Shown here one piece after another: positions 28,191 to 37,343 of a stretch of DNA of 64,000 nt (position 1 is the first letter of the stretch; each line of letters starts with the position of its first letter). The stretch comes from Saprospiraceae bacterium (GTDB lineage Bacteria > Bacteroidota > Bacteroidia > Chitinophagales > Saprospiraceae). Under the pieces are notes generated by a model that made no database searches, was not told the DNA's origin, and saw nothing but the letters and a program-made list of their open reading frames with translations. The translations under genes were made by a program, and so were the position numbers. Location of the stretch: assembly GCA_032115775.1 (NCBI GenBank), contig JAUMBL010000029.1:1921-65920 (forward strand), written 5' to 3'.

Positions 28191-30203
28191 TTACCATTTG
28201 AATGCCAGCGAGGCTGACCAGTGACTTCCGGCGCCGTTCACGCCGGATCCGTGGTAGCGATAATCGGTATTTCCGATATTTTGCCAACCAGTGGAAAATG
28301 AAAACTGCCTCCAATTATAGCCCGCGTACGCATTAAAAACCGCCCAACCTGGCGTGCCGCCTGCCGGAATGCGGTTATCGGCTACGTCCCCGGCAGCAAG
28401 GCGGTCTTGCTTTCCCGCAAACAGTACTTCGACGCTGCAAAACCAAGCCTTGCGCTCCAATTGGAGGGCGGCGCGCCCAAACAGCGGCGGCATCCGGCGC
28501 GCGGGTTCGCGGCGCGTCAGGTTTTGGCCATAGGTGTAACAAAGTGCCCCTTCTACCTGCAATACAGGCAAAAAGCGCAGTTTTATTTGCGTTTCAAGCC
28601 CCTGGACGTATGATTGCTCCGTATTTTCTTTAAGATATACGGGATAACCCTGTATCATTTGAGTGTCCAGACGGATGCGGGCGATCAGGTCGCGCAGTTC
28701 ATTTCTAAACAGGCTGGTTTCTACATGGAGCCGCTTGCTTTGGAAACGGTAGCCGGCCTGAAAATTGTATGTTTTTTCGGGCTTCAGGTCGTAGTTCGGT
28801 ACTTCAAAACGGAAATCCACGATTCCGAGCGTACCCAGATCGTCTATATTCGGCGCCCGGAAGCCGGTGTTAAAGGAGCCCAACAGCGCGCCGTGCCGGC
28901 CGATGCGGCGGAGGACGCCAATATTGCCAACCAGGGCGGCGGGTTGCAGCTGAACATCGCCGTTATCCGGGTCGGATACGCGGATATCGTATCGGTTGTA
29001 GCGCAATCCGCCCGTGATCGTCCAGCGATTGTATCGCCATTCATGGAGGCTGTAAGCGGCGTAGTGCAGCATCGTACTGCCGTCGGGATAGAGGCCGCGT
29101 TTGGCCGCGGCAGCGCCGGTGGTTTCATCCGTATCAGTACGGCTGCTGCGGACGCGGTCGCGGTAAATATCTATCCCGCTGCGGCTGCTCCAGTGGCTGC
29201 TCCAGTGGTGTTTGAATTGCAAATTGGCGCCTAGTACCTGTACCCGGTCGTTTTCTTCGCGTCGGACGGACGATCCGTTTTTTCGGCTGATCCGGCCCTC
29301 CTCCGTTTGTTGGTGCGAGATTGTGCATTGGAGGTTTCGCAATACCCGACCGCCAATTTGCCAATCTGCCCGCAAGTAACCAAGGTTGCGGTATTGCGGT
29401 TCGAATTCGTTGACGGCGAAATTTTCCAGTTTTATTTTATGAAAAACCGGTACCTGTCGTTGCTGCATTTGTTGGTAAACTGCCGTGATGTCCAGGTTTT
29501 TGCGGAGGCGGAACATCCCTTTTAGGTCAAAGGCTTGTTCTCGGTATCCGCTGGGCGATTGCACGCCCGTGGTATCGCCGCCGACGAGATCTCCAAAATT
29601 TCGGGTGGTAAACCCGCCGTGTAAAGCGGTTTTTTTATTGAAAAACCTGGTTTCGGCGTGCAAACTTTGTTCCAGACCCCGGGTTGCGATGCGACCGAGC
29701 GTCCGGCCGCTCCAAGTCGGTTTGTCGGCGTAGGCCAATTCCCTGGTGATGGCCTGTATCGTACCGCCAAACGCGTCGCTGCCGTATTGCACTGATCCGC
29801 TGCCGTGGAGCGCCTCTATTTTATCGAGCGAAAATAAGTCGAGCGTATTGAAGTACTGGTTGGGGCCGAAGCGGAAAGTAGCGTTGTTGAGGCGGATGCC
29901 GTCTATCAGCAGCAGGGTTTGGTTTCCGGTGAGTCCGCGTACAAACGGCGAACCGCCGCCGTGCGTGGTTTTTTGAACCCACACGCCGGCGGTGCGCGCC
30001 AATGCCTCCGGCGCAGTTCGGCTCTGAAATCGGATAATCCGCTTTTCATCCAGTAACTGCACGGCTTCCGGGGTGGTGAAACGATCTGTTTTGTCCCTTA
30101 AGGCGGTGATCACCACCTCGGTTATTTTTGTAGTATCGTTATCAGGCGCCTGTGCAGCGGCAGCCAAGGGCAAAAATAAAATAACGAAGGTTATTCGATT
30201 CAA
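28191..30203 (-). CDS. TonB-dependent outer-membrane receptor
   Basis: 670 aa. Plug-domain motifs (VVITALR..., GVWVQKTTHGGGSPFVRGLTGNQTLLLIDGIRLNN), C-terminal beta-barrel ending SLAFKW. Apparent TTG start. Confidence 0.85.
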   Translation of the reverse strand: MNRITFVILFLPLAAAAQAPDNDTTKITEVVITALRDKTDRFTTPEAVQLLDEKRIIRFQSRTAPEALARTAGVWVQKTTHGGGSPFVRGLTGNQTLLLIDGIRLNNATFRFGPNQYFNTLDLFSLDKIEALHGSGSVQYGSDAFGGTIQAITRELAYADKPTWSGRTLGRIATRGLEQSLHAETRFFNKKTALHGGFTTRNFGDLVGGDTTGVQSPSGYREQAFDLKGMFRLRKNLDITAVYQQMQQRQVPVFHKIKLENFAVNEFEPQYRNLGYLRADWQIGGRVLRNLQCTISHQQTEEGRISRKNGSSVRREENDRVQVLGANLQFKHHWSSHWSSRSGIDIYRDRVRSSRTDTDETTGAAAAKRGLYPDGSTMLHYAAYSLHEWRYNRWTITGGLRYNRYDIRVSDPDNGDVQLQPAALVGNIGVLRRIGRHGALLGSFNTGFRAPNIDDLGTLGIVDFRFEVPNYDLKPEKTYNFQAGYRFQSKRLHVETSLFRNELRDLIARIRLDTQMIQGYPVYLKENTEQSYVQGLETQIKLRFLPVLQVEGALCYTYGQNLTRREPARRMPPLFGRAALQLERKAWFCSVEVLFAGKQDRLAAGDVADNRIPAGGTPGWAVFNAYAGYNWRQFSFSTGWQNIGNTDYRYHGSGVNGAGSHWSASLAFKW

Positions 30204-30257
30204 AGAGATCCTTTTTAAAAGTCAGGTAAAATAATAATAAAGGGGGTGTGTCACAAG

Positions 30258-30284
30258 TATTTCGCCGCCTCCGGCGGCGAAATA
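30258..30284. repeat. Conserved GC-rich stem-loop TATTTCGCCGCC-N3-GGCGGCGAAATA (copy 1)
   Basis: 12-bp perfect stem with a 3-nt loop. The same 12-bp stem sequence recurs at 51825-51851. No U-tract follows on either strand. Confidence 0.6.
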
Positions 30285-30290
30285 AAATAA

Positions 30291-30352
30291 TGTTTGGTCG
30301 CCTGTTTTTTTGATTTTTTTATAAAAAAATCAAAAAAACAGGCGACCAAACA
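30291..30352. repeat. Perfect 62-bp palindrome (two 31-nt arms, no loop)
   Basis: TGTTTGGTCGCCTGTTTTTTTGATTTTTTTA is followed immediately by its exact reverse complement. A third TGTTTGGCGG unit lies at 30364-30373. The whole is enclosed by an outer inverted repeat: GGGGTGTGTCACAAGT (about 30243-30258) and ACTTGTGATACATCCCC (about 30386-30402). Confidence 0.85.
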
Positions 30353-30424
30353 AAATATTTTTTTGTTTGGCGGATCATTCACGGACTTGTGATACATCCC
30401 CAATCTGAAATCTGAACGCCAAAA

Positions 30425-31891
30425 TTACTTCAGATACCACATTTTGGTATTGATATCATCCGCACCCTGACGGGCAACAGCCGCGGCGCGGTTATCTCCG
30501 TTGAGGGCTTGTTCAATAATCGGATAGATAAAGCGGACGGGGATTTTGTCGTCGTTTTGGTTGTCCACGCCGGGCAGGAGTTTCGGGTAGCCGGTACGGC
30601 GCCAGTCGAACCAGGTTTCCATACCCTGATAGAAGGCAGCCACCCATTTTTGGTTGCCGATTTTCTCCAGTTTTTCATCCTGCGTACCCGCATAAGCCGT
30701 CAGCGCGTTATTGAAGAAATCCGGTGCAACGGTCAGGCCGTAGAATGCGTAAGAGGCATTGACGCCGTTTTGGTAGAAAGTTGCCGTATTGCCGGTGATC
30801 AATCCTTTTTCAGCCGCTTCCGCGAGCAGGAATTGCAACTCGGCATAGGTCATAATCATGCCTTTGGCGATCGTAAGGCCTTGTGCGGAGATCGCCTGCT
30901 CAAAGTATAGCGTACCGATCTGCGAGTGATTTTGCTGTCCGCCGAGGTAAGTTTGCGAGTTTACATCGTCCAGTCCGTTCGGGATACCGCGGATGATTGC
31001 CGTGTCGGATCCTGCAGAAGCCGGCGTGGGGCGGAAGAAGATGTTTATGCGCGGGTCGTTGGTCGCCTTCAGGAAGTCCACCATTGTTTTAGAAGCGCGG
31101 AATTCGTTGAAAGAGCCGACGCGGTTGGTGTACTGGGGGAATTGATCCGGGCTGGCCGATTTGTAGTTGTACACGGCGTGATCGCCATTTCCGGTAAATA
31201 CCGGGGACTGAGTCGGGTTATCAACAATGGCGCGCAGGTCGGCGCTGACGTCCCGTTTGCGGGAGATGCGCATCAGCGCGCGCACGCGCAGGGAATTGGC
31301 GAGTTTTTTCCATTTGTCGAGATTGCCGCCGTAGATCAGGTCGCCGCTGACAGATTCGCCGCTGGTTCCGATAATTTCGGAAGCCCGCTTGAGATCGGCC
31401 AGGATACCGTTGTAAACGTCCTCCTGCGTATCATATTTCGGGTAGTAAATGCCCTCCTTGCCTTTGATGGCTTCGGAGAAGGGAATATCGCCGTACGCGT
31501 CGGTAGCCAGGGAGAACATCCAGGCGCGCATAACGAGCGCGACGCCTTCCCAGTTTTTTTCGCCGTTTTCGACGGCGCGCAGGCGGATATTTTCCACATC
31601 GCGGAGGTTGTCATAGACGCTGTTCCAGATGCCGTTGATTTCGCCCCAGAGGTAGCGGTCTTCGTTTACAAACTGGTTTTTGGCGGTTTGCTGGATTACG
31701 ATATTGCCGATGCCCCAGGCTTCGCCCAGCACTGTTCCGATGATATCGCGTTGGATGCCCGGCAGGAGCAGGTTAGGCGTTACGTTAACCGGTGCATTGG
31801 GGTTGGTGTTGACCTCTTCGAAGTCTTTGGTGCAGGCGGCGAAGACGATCGTCAGCGCCAACAACGACAGGAATTTATATGATTTTTTCAT
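30425..31891 (-). CDS. SusD/RagB-family outer-membrane lipoprotein
   Basis: 488 aa. Lipoprotein signal MKKSYKFLSLLALTIVFAAC. Located immediately downstream of a SusC-type gene. TPR-like helical composition. Confidence 0.85.
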   Translation of the reverse strand: MKKSYKFLSLLALTIVFAACTKDFEEVNTNPNAPVNVTPNLLLPGIQRDIIGTVLGEAWGIGNIVIQQTAKNQFVNEDRYLWGEINGIWNSVYDNLRDVENIRLRAVENGEKNWEGVALVMRAWMFSLATDAYGDIPFSEAIKGKEGIYYPKYDTQEDVYNGILADLKRASEIIGTSGESVSGDLIYGGNLDKWKKLANSLRVRALMRISRKRDVSADLRAIVDNPTQSPVFTGNGDHAVYNYKSASPDQFPQYTNRVGSFNEFRASKTMVDFLKATNDPRINIFFRPTPASAGSDTAIIRGIPNGLDDVNSQTYLGGQQNHSQIGTLYFEQAISAQGLTIAKGMIMTYAELQFLLAEAAEKGLITGNTATFYQNGVNASYAFYGLTVAPDFFNNALTAYAGTQDEKLEKIGNQKWVAAFYQGMETWFDWRRTGYPKLLPGVDNQNDDKIPVRFIYPIIEQALNGDNRAAAVARQGADDINTKMWYLK

Positions 31892-31979
31892 TGAAAATAT
31901 AGAATAAAAGATGAAAAAATGGGTCGGGCAGTCGGGTTGCGGGCAAATACAGCGTCGCCGCCCGACTGCCCGCGGCCCT

Positions 31980-34900
31980 TTAAAAGTTCAGCCCCAGGTT
32001 GATGCCGAAGCTCCGGGCCGAGGGGATGGCTACGGATTCCACGCCGGGGATAATTGTACCGCCGGCGGTGGAAGAAGTTTCCGGATCTACGTGCGGCACG
32101 TCTGTCCACAGGAACAGATTGCGACCGACGAGCGAGAGGTTGATGTTTTGGATTTTAGCCTTCTGCGTCCAGCGTTTGGGCAGGGTATAGCCGAGTTTCA
32201 GTTCGCGAAGTTTGACATACGAAGCGTCGAACATCATCGGTTCGACCACGCGGCGGCCCAGCGTGATGGTCGTGTGCCATTCGCGGGCGGAGAGTTTCAC
32301 CTCATTCTGCTTGTAGCCGGTGATGGCGCCGTTGGCGTCCGTGATGGGTACGACGCCTTCGCCGATGACGCCGTTTCCGGGCAGGCTAAGGTCGTAGCCA
32401 TCTTCTGGATTTTCGCGGCCTTCCAGCGTTTCGGCGATAATACCGCCTTCCCGGCCGACCGTTTGCGTGTGGGAATAGATTTCGCCGCCGATGCGGAAGT
32501 CGAAGAGTACGCCCAAGTTGAAGCCCTTGAATGAAAACGAGTTGTTGATGCCCATCAGCCAGTCCGGGTTGTAATTGCCGAGTTTAATGCGGTTGGTGGT
32601 CGCGACGGGTTTGCCGTTGTTGCCATAGACAACCTGGCCGACGAACTGGCCGGTCGGGTCGTAGTACTTGCTGTTGGGATCGCTGCTGACGCGTTCGTAG
32701 CCGATGCCGTACATGTCTCCCATCTGCTCGCCCACCCGCGCTTCCACGGTAATGTACCGGCTGGCCATAACGTAGTTGGTGATTTCCTGTCCGGATACCG
32801 GGTCGGTGAAGAGTTCTTTGACTTCGCCAATGTTGCGCGACCAGTTGATGTCGGTATTCCATTCGAAGCCGCCGGCAGTACGCACCGGTACCAAGTGGAG
32901 CATGACTTCGAGGCCGCGGTTGTTGATCAGGCCGGCATTGATCAGGCGGGCGCCGTAGCCGGTGCTGCCGGACAGGGCGATACCGAGGATTTGGTTTTCG
33001 GAGTTTGTATTATAATAGGTAAAATCGAGTCCCAGCCGGTTGCGGAGGAAGCGCAGATCGAATCCCGCTTCGAACGACTTGGAGATTTCCGGTTTGAGGC
33101 CTGAATTGGGAATTTGAGAGGCTTCTGAGTACGTTGGCAGGCCCTGGGCTGCTACCTGCGCGTTGTACACGGCGAGCAATTGGTAGGGGTCGGTATCGTT
33201 ACCTACCTGCGCGTAGCCGGCGCGCAATTTGGCGAAGGAGAGAAAACCGCCCGGGTTGATGTCGAGCAGTTCGCTCAGTACCAGGCTGAGATTTGAGGCA
33301 TAGTAGAAGTAGCTGTTATTTTCCGCTGGGAGCGTGCTGGACCAGTCGTTCCGCGCCGAGAGATCGAGGTAGAGGTAGCGATTGAAACCGGCCTGTGCGG
33401 ATGCGTAGAGCGAGTTGATTCGGCGTTCCGAACGGAAAGTGCTGGATTGCAGGGCAACGCGGCTGTTGTTGAGCGAATAAACGCCTGGTACGGCGAGTTC
33501 CGGAGCGGATATGTCCGACTGATTGCGTTTTTGCGACATTTGGTTGCCGCCGAAGGAAAGCCCGAGTTCGAGTTGGTCGCTGACCGATTTGTTCCAGTTG
33601 AGCAGGAAGTCGGTATTGCGTTCTTCGAACCGGATTTTTTCTTCGCGGTAGTTGCCGAGGACGAAGCGCTGGGTTGAGTAGGCGCGGCGGCGGTCGCGGA
33701 ATTCGTCGGAAAAGTCCGTTCCGGAGCGCAGCATCAGGTTCAGGTTGGGCGTCAGTTTGAAATTGAGCGCCGCATTCCCGAATACGCGGTTGATATCCTG
33801 TCCGTTGGTATTTTCGTACAGGTTGAAGTAGAGATTGTCGTGGTAGTTATAGTTGTAGTTAAACTGGTTCAGACCCACGCGACCCGCCTGCCAATAGTCG
33901 CGCATGGCGGCGACGTTGGTATTCCGGGGCAGCCAGCAATTGATGAGGTACATGATATTTTCCGTACCGTAGCTCAGGTTCGGACGGTTGTCGCTCTGGT
34001 TATTGATATAATTGGCGTTGATGCTTGCCGAAAGCCAGCTCGTGAGGTTGTAGGTACTGGTAAAGGAGAGGGTATTCCGTTTCAGGTCGGTGTTGGGTAC
34101 CATTCCTTTTTGATCCAGGTTGGTGAAGGACAGTCGGAAGTTCCCCAGATCATTGCCGCCGGAGATGGCGACGTTGTTGGTGTAGGTCGCGCCGGTTTCA
34201 AAGAAATTTTTGATATTATCCGGCCGGGCGATGAAAGGCGTAGGCGTAATTTCTCCGCGAGCGGCCAGTTGGCGGGCGAGATCCACGGGCGCGATGGCGC
34301 TGAACAGGTTGCCTACGTCGCCGGCGCGGTACCCGTTGGCGGTGGGGCTGTCGAATTGCTTGATGGGTTGGCCATCCATTCTCGGCCCCCAACTTTCGTC
34401 CACGCCGTCGCGCAAGCCGCCGCCGTTGCCATCTTTGAATTCGAATTCGCCATTGAGCCCTTGGCCATATACATTCTGGTAGTCGGGCAGTCGCAGGGCG
34501 TTTTCGAAGGTGAGGGTGCTGTTAACTGAAACGCCGATGCCACGCGCGCCTTTTCCGGTTTTGGTTTTGATGACGATGACGCCGTTATTGGCGCGGGATC
34601 CGTAGAGTGCGGCTGCGGCAGGGCCTTTCAGGACGGTCATGGACTCGATATCGTCCGGATTGACGAATCCTGCGCCGTTGCCGTAATCTGCGTCCTGGTT
34701 GCTTCTGCCAGTGGAGCCGTTGAACTGGTTGCTGATGGGCACGCCGTCCACGACGAACAGCGGCTGGTTGTTGTTGATATTCAGCGAGCGGTCGCCGCGG
34801 ATCGTAATGCGGGCGGAGCTGCCGATACCGGACGGATTACCCACGACTTGTACGCCCGCCACTTTGCCGGCCAGCGCGTTTACGACGTTGGTTTCCCGTG

Positions 34901-35333
34901 CCTGAACAAGATCGCTGCCTTTAATTTCCTGCACGGCATATCCGAGCGCCTTCTTTTCGCGTTCGATACCCAGCGCCGTTACGGTAATTTGGTTGAGGCC
35001 GACGGCGTCCTCTTCCAGTTTGATTTGAATATTATTTTGGCCGCCGGCGGATAGTTCCTGTGAAAGGTAACCGAGGTAGGACACGATGATCGTGGCATTT
35101 TCGTTTTGGAGGCGAAGATTAAAAATGCCTTCCGCGTTGGTTATTGCGGCGTTTCTGGCGCCTTTTTCCGAAAGGTTGGCGCCGATAAGCGGGCTGCCCG
35201 TGCGGGCGTCCGTAACGGTTCCGCTGATCGCTTTTTGAGCCTGGGCGCTTATGCCGGACAGGAGGAGGATTGCGAAGCAAAATACAATGGATCGCAACCT
35301 CAACTTTTGCGTGAAAAGTTGGTACATTTGCAT
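31980..35333 (-). CDS. SusC/RagA-family TonB-linked outer-membrane transporter
   Basis: 1117 aa. N-terminal carboxypeptidase-regulatory-like domain (ISGTVTDARTGSPLIGANL), plug (LAGKVAGVQV...ITIRGDRSL), C-terminal barrel ending LGLNF. Confidence 0.9.
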   Translation of the reverse strand: MQMYQLFTQKLRLRSIVFCFAILLLSGISAQAQKAISGTVTDARTGSPLIGANLSEKGARNAAITNAEGIFNLRLQNENATIIVSYLGYLSQELSAGGQNNIQIKLEEDAVGLNQITVTALGIEREKKALGYAVQEIKGSDLVQARETNVVNALAGKVAGVQVVGNPSGIGSSARITIRGDRSLNINNNQPLFVVDGVPISNQFNGSTGRSNQDADYGNGAGFVNPDDIESMTVLKGPAAAALYGSRANNGVIVIKTKTGKGARGIGVSVNSTLTFENALRLPDYQNVYGQGLNGEFEFKDGNGGGLRDGVDESWGPRMDGQPIKQFDSPTANGYRAGDVGNLFSAIAPVDLARQLAARGEITPTPFIARPDNIKNFFETGATYTNNVAISGGNDLGNFRLSFTNLDQKGMVPNTDLKRNTLSFTSTYNLTSWLSASINANYINNQSDNRPNLSYGTENIMYLINCWLPRNTNVAAMRDYWQAGRVGLNQFNYNYNYHDNLYFNLYENTNGQDINRVFGNAALNFKLTPNLNLMLRSGTDFSDEFRDRRRAYSTQRFVLGNYREEKIRFEERNTDFLLNWNKSVSDQLELGLSFGGNQMSQKRNQSDISAPELAVPGVYSLNNSRVALQSSTFRSERRINSLYASAQAGFNRYLYLDLSARNDWSSTLPAENNSYFYYASNLSLVLSELLDINPGGFLSFAKLRAGYAQVGNDTDPYQLLAVYNAQVAAQGLPTYSEASQIPNSGLKPEISKSFEAGFDLRFLRNRLGLDFTYYNTNSENQILGIALSGSTGYGARLINAGLINNRGLEVMLHLVPVRTAGGFEWNTDINWSRNIGEVKELFTDPVSGQEITNYVMASRYITVEARVGEQMGDMYGIGYERVSSDPNSKYYDPTGQFVGQVVYGNNGKPVATTNRIKLGNYNPDWLMGINNSFSFKGFNLGVLFDFRIGGEIYSHTQTVGREGGIIAETLEGRENPEDGYDLSLPGNGVIGEGVVPITDANGAITGYKQNEVKLSAREWHTTITLGRRVVEPMMFDASYVKLRELKLGYTLPKRWTQKAKIQNINLSLVGRNLFLWTDVPHVDPETSSTAGGTIIPGVESVAIPSARSFGINLGLNF

Positions 35334-35369
35334 ACGATAGTGTTTTTAAATAATTGATTTAAAAATGCG

Positions 35370-35408
35370 GAGCCGTAACGGGGTGCCACCCGTTGCGGCT
35401 CATTTTTT
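35370..35408. terminator. Strong hairpin with flanking T-runs (bidirectional-terminator-like) downstream of btaB
   Basis: GAGCCGTAACGGG (35370-35382) pairs with CCCGTTGCGGCTC (35389-35401), a 13-bp stem. T6 follows on the + strand (35403-35408). On the minus strand CGCATTTTTAAA follows. Confidence 0.6.
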
Positions 35409-35475
35409 GTGCAAAGGTTGAAATGCATCTCCTGCCGAGGGCATTTTGGACTGTTATTTCTATTTGAAATTTGTG

Positions 35476-36186
35476 TTAAACAATCGCCTGACACTGCTTC
35501 TTTCCGACAAAAAGGAAGTACTGCCAAAGTCCGCCGCTGCCGGAATACACCTCCTGTTTCACGGGTTCAAAACGCCGAGAGAGCGCAGGGAGCAGGTGAC
35601 CGTCCATGCGCACATGGTTTCGACCCATCCACCAGCGAAAAAATCTGCTCGGCGTGCGATGAAAATCCACGACGACAATCAAGCCGCCCGGTTGTAAATC
35701 CTGCCAGGCACGCTCAAGCGCTTCTTCCCAGCCCGGATTGAACATGGTCAGCGAATAGGAGCAAATAACAACATCAGGGCGCAAACTCAGCCTGAAGCTG
35801 CCTGCGGCATAAGGCCTTTCAAATAAAAAAACACGTTTGGAAAACGAAACCGTCTGTTGGGTGGCTCGTCGGAGCATATCCGCGGAGATATCCACGCCGA
35901 TGATCCGGGCATTGGGAAAACGATGGGCAACCCGAACCAGGTTATAACCGGTGCCGCATCCAACTTCCAGCAGGGTAAAACGCCCCTCTTTTTCAAATGG
36001 CAATTGATCAATCAATCGCTTTCTGCCGAACAGGAAAGTCCAGCGGGTCGCATCGTACAAGGCGGCATGGAAGCGGTAATATCGGCGCATCGAATGTTGT
36101 TGGGCGCCTGCAGCAGAGGAACTGTTGTGCATATAAAAAGTGTATGGACGCGCAGTGTCACCGTAGCCGCGCGCCGGGTGGTTCAC
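35476..36186 (-). CDS. btaB: Class I SAM-dependent methyltransferase, BtaB-like (DGTS synthesis N-methylase candidate)
   Basis: 236 aa. SAM motif I LLEVGCGTGYNL. The GTG start overlaps the btaA stop (GTGA, 36183-36186). An alternative ATG lies at 36132. Confidence 0.6.
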   Translation of the reverse strand: MNHPARGYGDTARPYTFYMHNSSSAAGAQQHSMRRYYRFHAALYDATRWTFLFGRKRLIDQLPFEKEGRFTLLEVGCGTGYNLVRVAHRFPNARIIGVDISADMLRRATQQTVSFSKRVFLFERPYAAGSFRLSLRPDVVICSYSLTMFNPGWEEALERAWQDLQPGGLIVVVDFHRTPSRFFRWWMGRNHVRMDGHLLPALSRRFEPVKQEVYSGSGGLWQYFLFVGKKQCQAIV

Positions 36187-37343
36187 GATCTGATTTCGCC
36201 GATCCAGGTACTTGCATAGGTGCCTACCCGGTCGAGGCTGTGCGCCCGACTTGCGGCCTCGAGATCAAAATGAACCCGTTCAAGCGCAAAATCCGGGATA
36301 AAATCGAGTTGAAAGGAGGCCGAGCGCAGCAGTACCTTAGCCCCCGGCGCGGCATTTTGGAAAATCAAATGCCACTCCTCCTCCAAGGCGGCGCGCTGAT
36401 GCGTTGCCAGCCAGTCCTGGTGGTCGAGCAGCACAAAATGCGAGTACTTACCCGGATGGGTGTGAAAAAAAGTGTTGAGAGAAGCGGTATGCGTCCGAAT
36501 TCGATCAATACGGGCGGCGAGCCGGTTGAAATGTTCCGGTAAAAGATAATTCGGACAACAATCGGGCGCATATCGGCCGTTAAAATACAGGGCCCAAAAG
36601 TAATTGTCCTGAAGCGGCAATCGGGTGAACACCTGTCGCAGGCAATGGCGGATATAACCGCTCATGCCGTCTTCAAAATACGAGGCTGCCAGATTTTGCT
36701 GGCTTTTGGGAACGCCGAGCAGGCTCTGCACCGTATGCTGCCGCACCAGCCAGCGGGTTAACCGATTCAGTAGGATGGGTTCGAGGCGTTCGTACCAGTA
36801 CGCCTGTTCCGCCAGATCGGTGGATTGGAACAGCTTGTGCGCGAGGCGGCCGGCCTCAGGATGTCGCCGCAGCCACAGATGCACCGCCCAGGCAAACGCG
36901 CCGCTGCTGCCCCGCCAGTAGAAGGACGGCCGCAAGCCGCGTCCGCTAAAGTAACCCACGTGCTTGCGCCAATACCGCGCCTGGTGTTCCGATAAATGGG
37001 GTTTTAGCACTTCCTCAAAGAGTTCGCGGGCCTGCGGCGACCTGCCGTGGCCGAAGAAATCAAACAACTGCTGGTGGTTGGCTGCTTTGAAAAGCGCTCG
37101 TTTTAGATCCAGCAGCGCATTCTGCCGGGGATTCATGTCCACACAATGGATTTCCGCAGGCTCATCCAGCAGATAATCCAGCGCGTTGCAGCCGGCGCTG
37201 GTGAGCATCACAATCCGGCTGTCTTTGTTTAGACCGAGCAGCGCCCGGTCGCATCGCGGATCCTCCCAACAGCAATTATAAATGAGCGTATTGTTGTGAA
37301 TCTGACTGAAAATCTGTTCGTTAATCGCTAAAATAGAATGCAT
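36183..37343 (-). CDS. btaA: DUF3419/BtaA-like S-adenosylmethionine:diacylglycerol 3-amino-3-carboxypropyl transferase candidate
   Basis: The N-terminus IYNCCWEDPRCDRALL...MLTSAGCNALDYLL...VDMNPRQNALLDLK matches my memory of the BtaA/DUF3419 family. I prefer the ATG at 37343 (MHSILAINEQ) over the GTG at 37391 used by the track. Confidence 0.65.
   Translation of the reverse strand: MHSILAINEQIFSQIHNNTLIYNCCWEDPRCDRALLGLNKDSRIVMLTSAGCNALDYLLDEPAEIHCVDMNPRQNALLDLKRALFKAANHQQLFDFFGHGRSPQARELFEEVLKPHLSEHQARYWRKHVGYFSGRGLRPSFYWRGSSGAFAWAVHLWLRRHPEAGRLAHKLFQSTDLAEQAYWYERLEPILLNRLTRWLVRQHTVQSLLGVPKSQQNLAASYFEDGMSGYIRHCLRQVFTRLPLQDNYFWALYFNGRYAPDCCPNYLLPEHFNRLAARIDRIRTHTASLNTFFHTHPGKYSHFVLLDHQDWLATHQRAALEEEWHLIFQNAAPGAKVLLRSASFQLDFIPDFALERVHFDLEAASRAHSLDRVGTYASTWIGEIRS

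Noticed and set aside
30926-31882. 318-aa + strand ORF
   Set aside because: Antisense shadow of the SusD-family gene.
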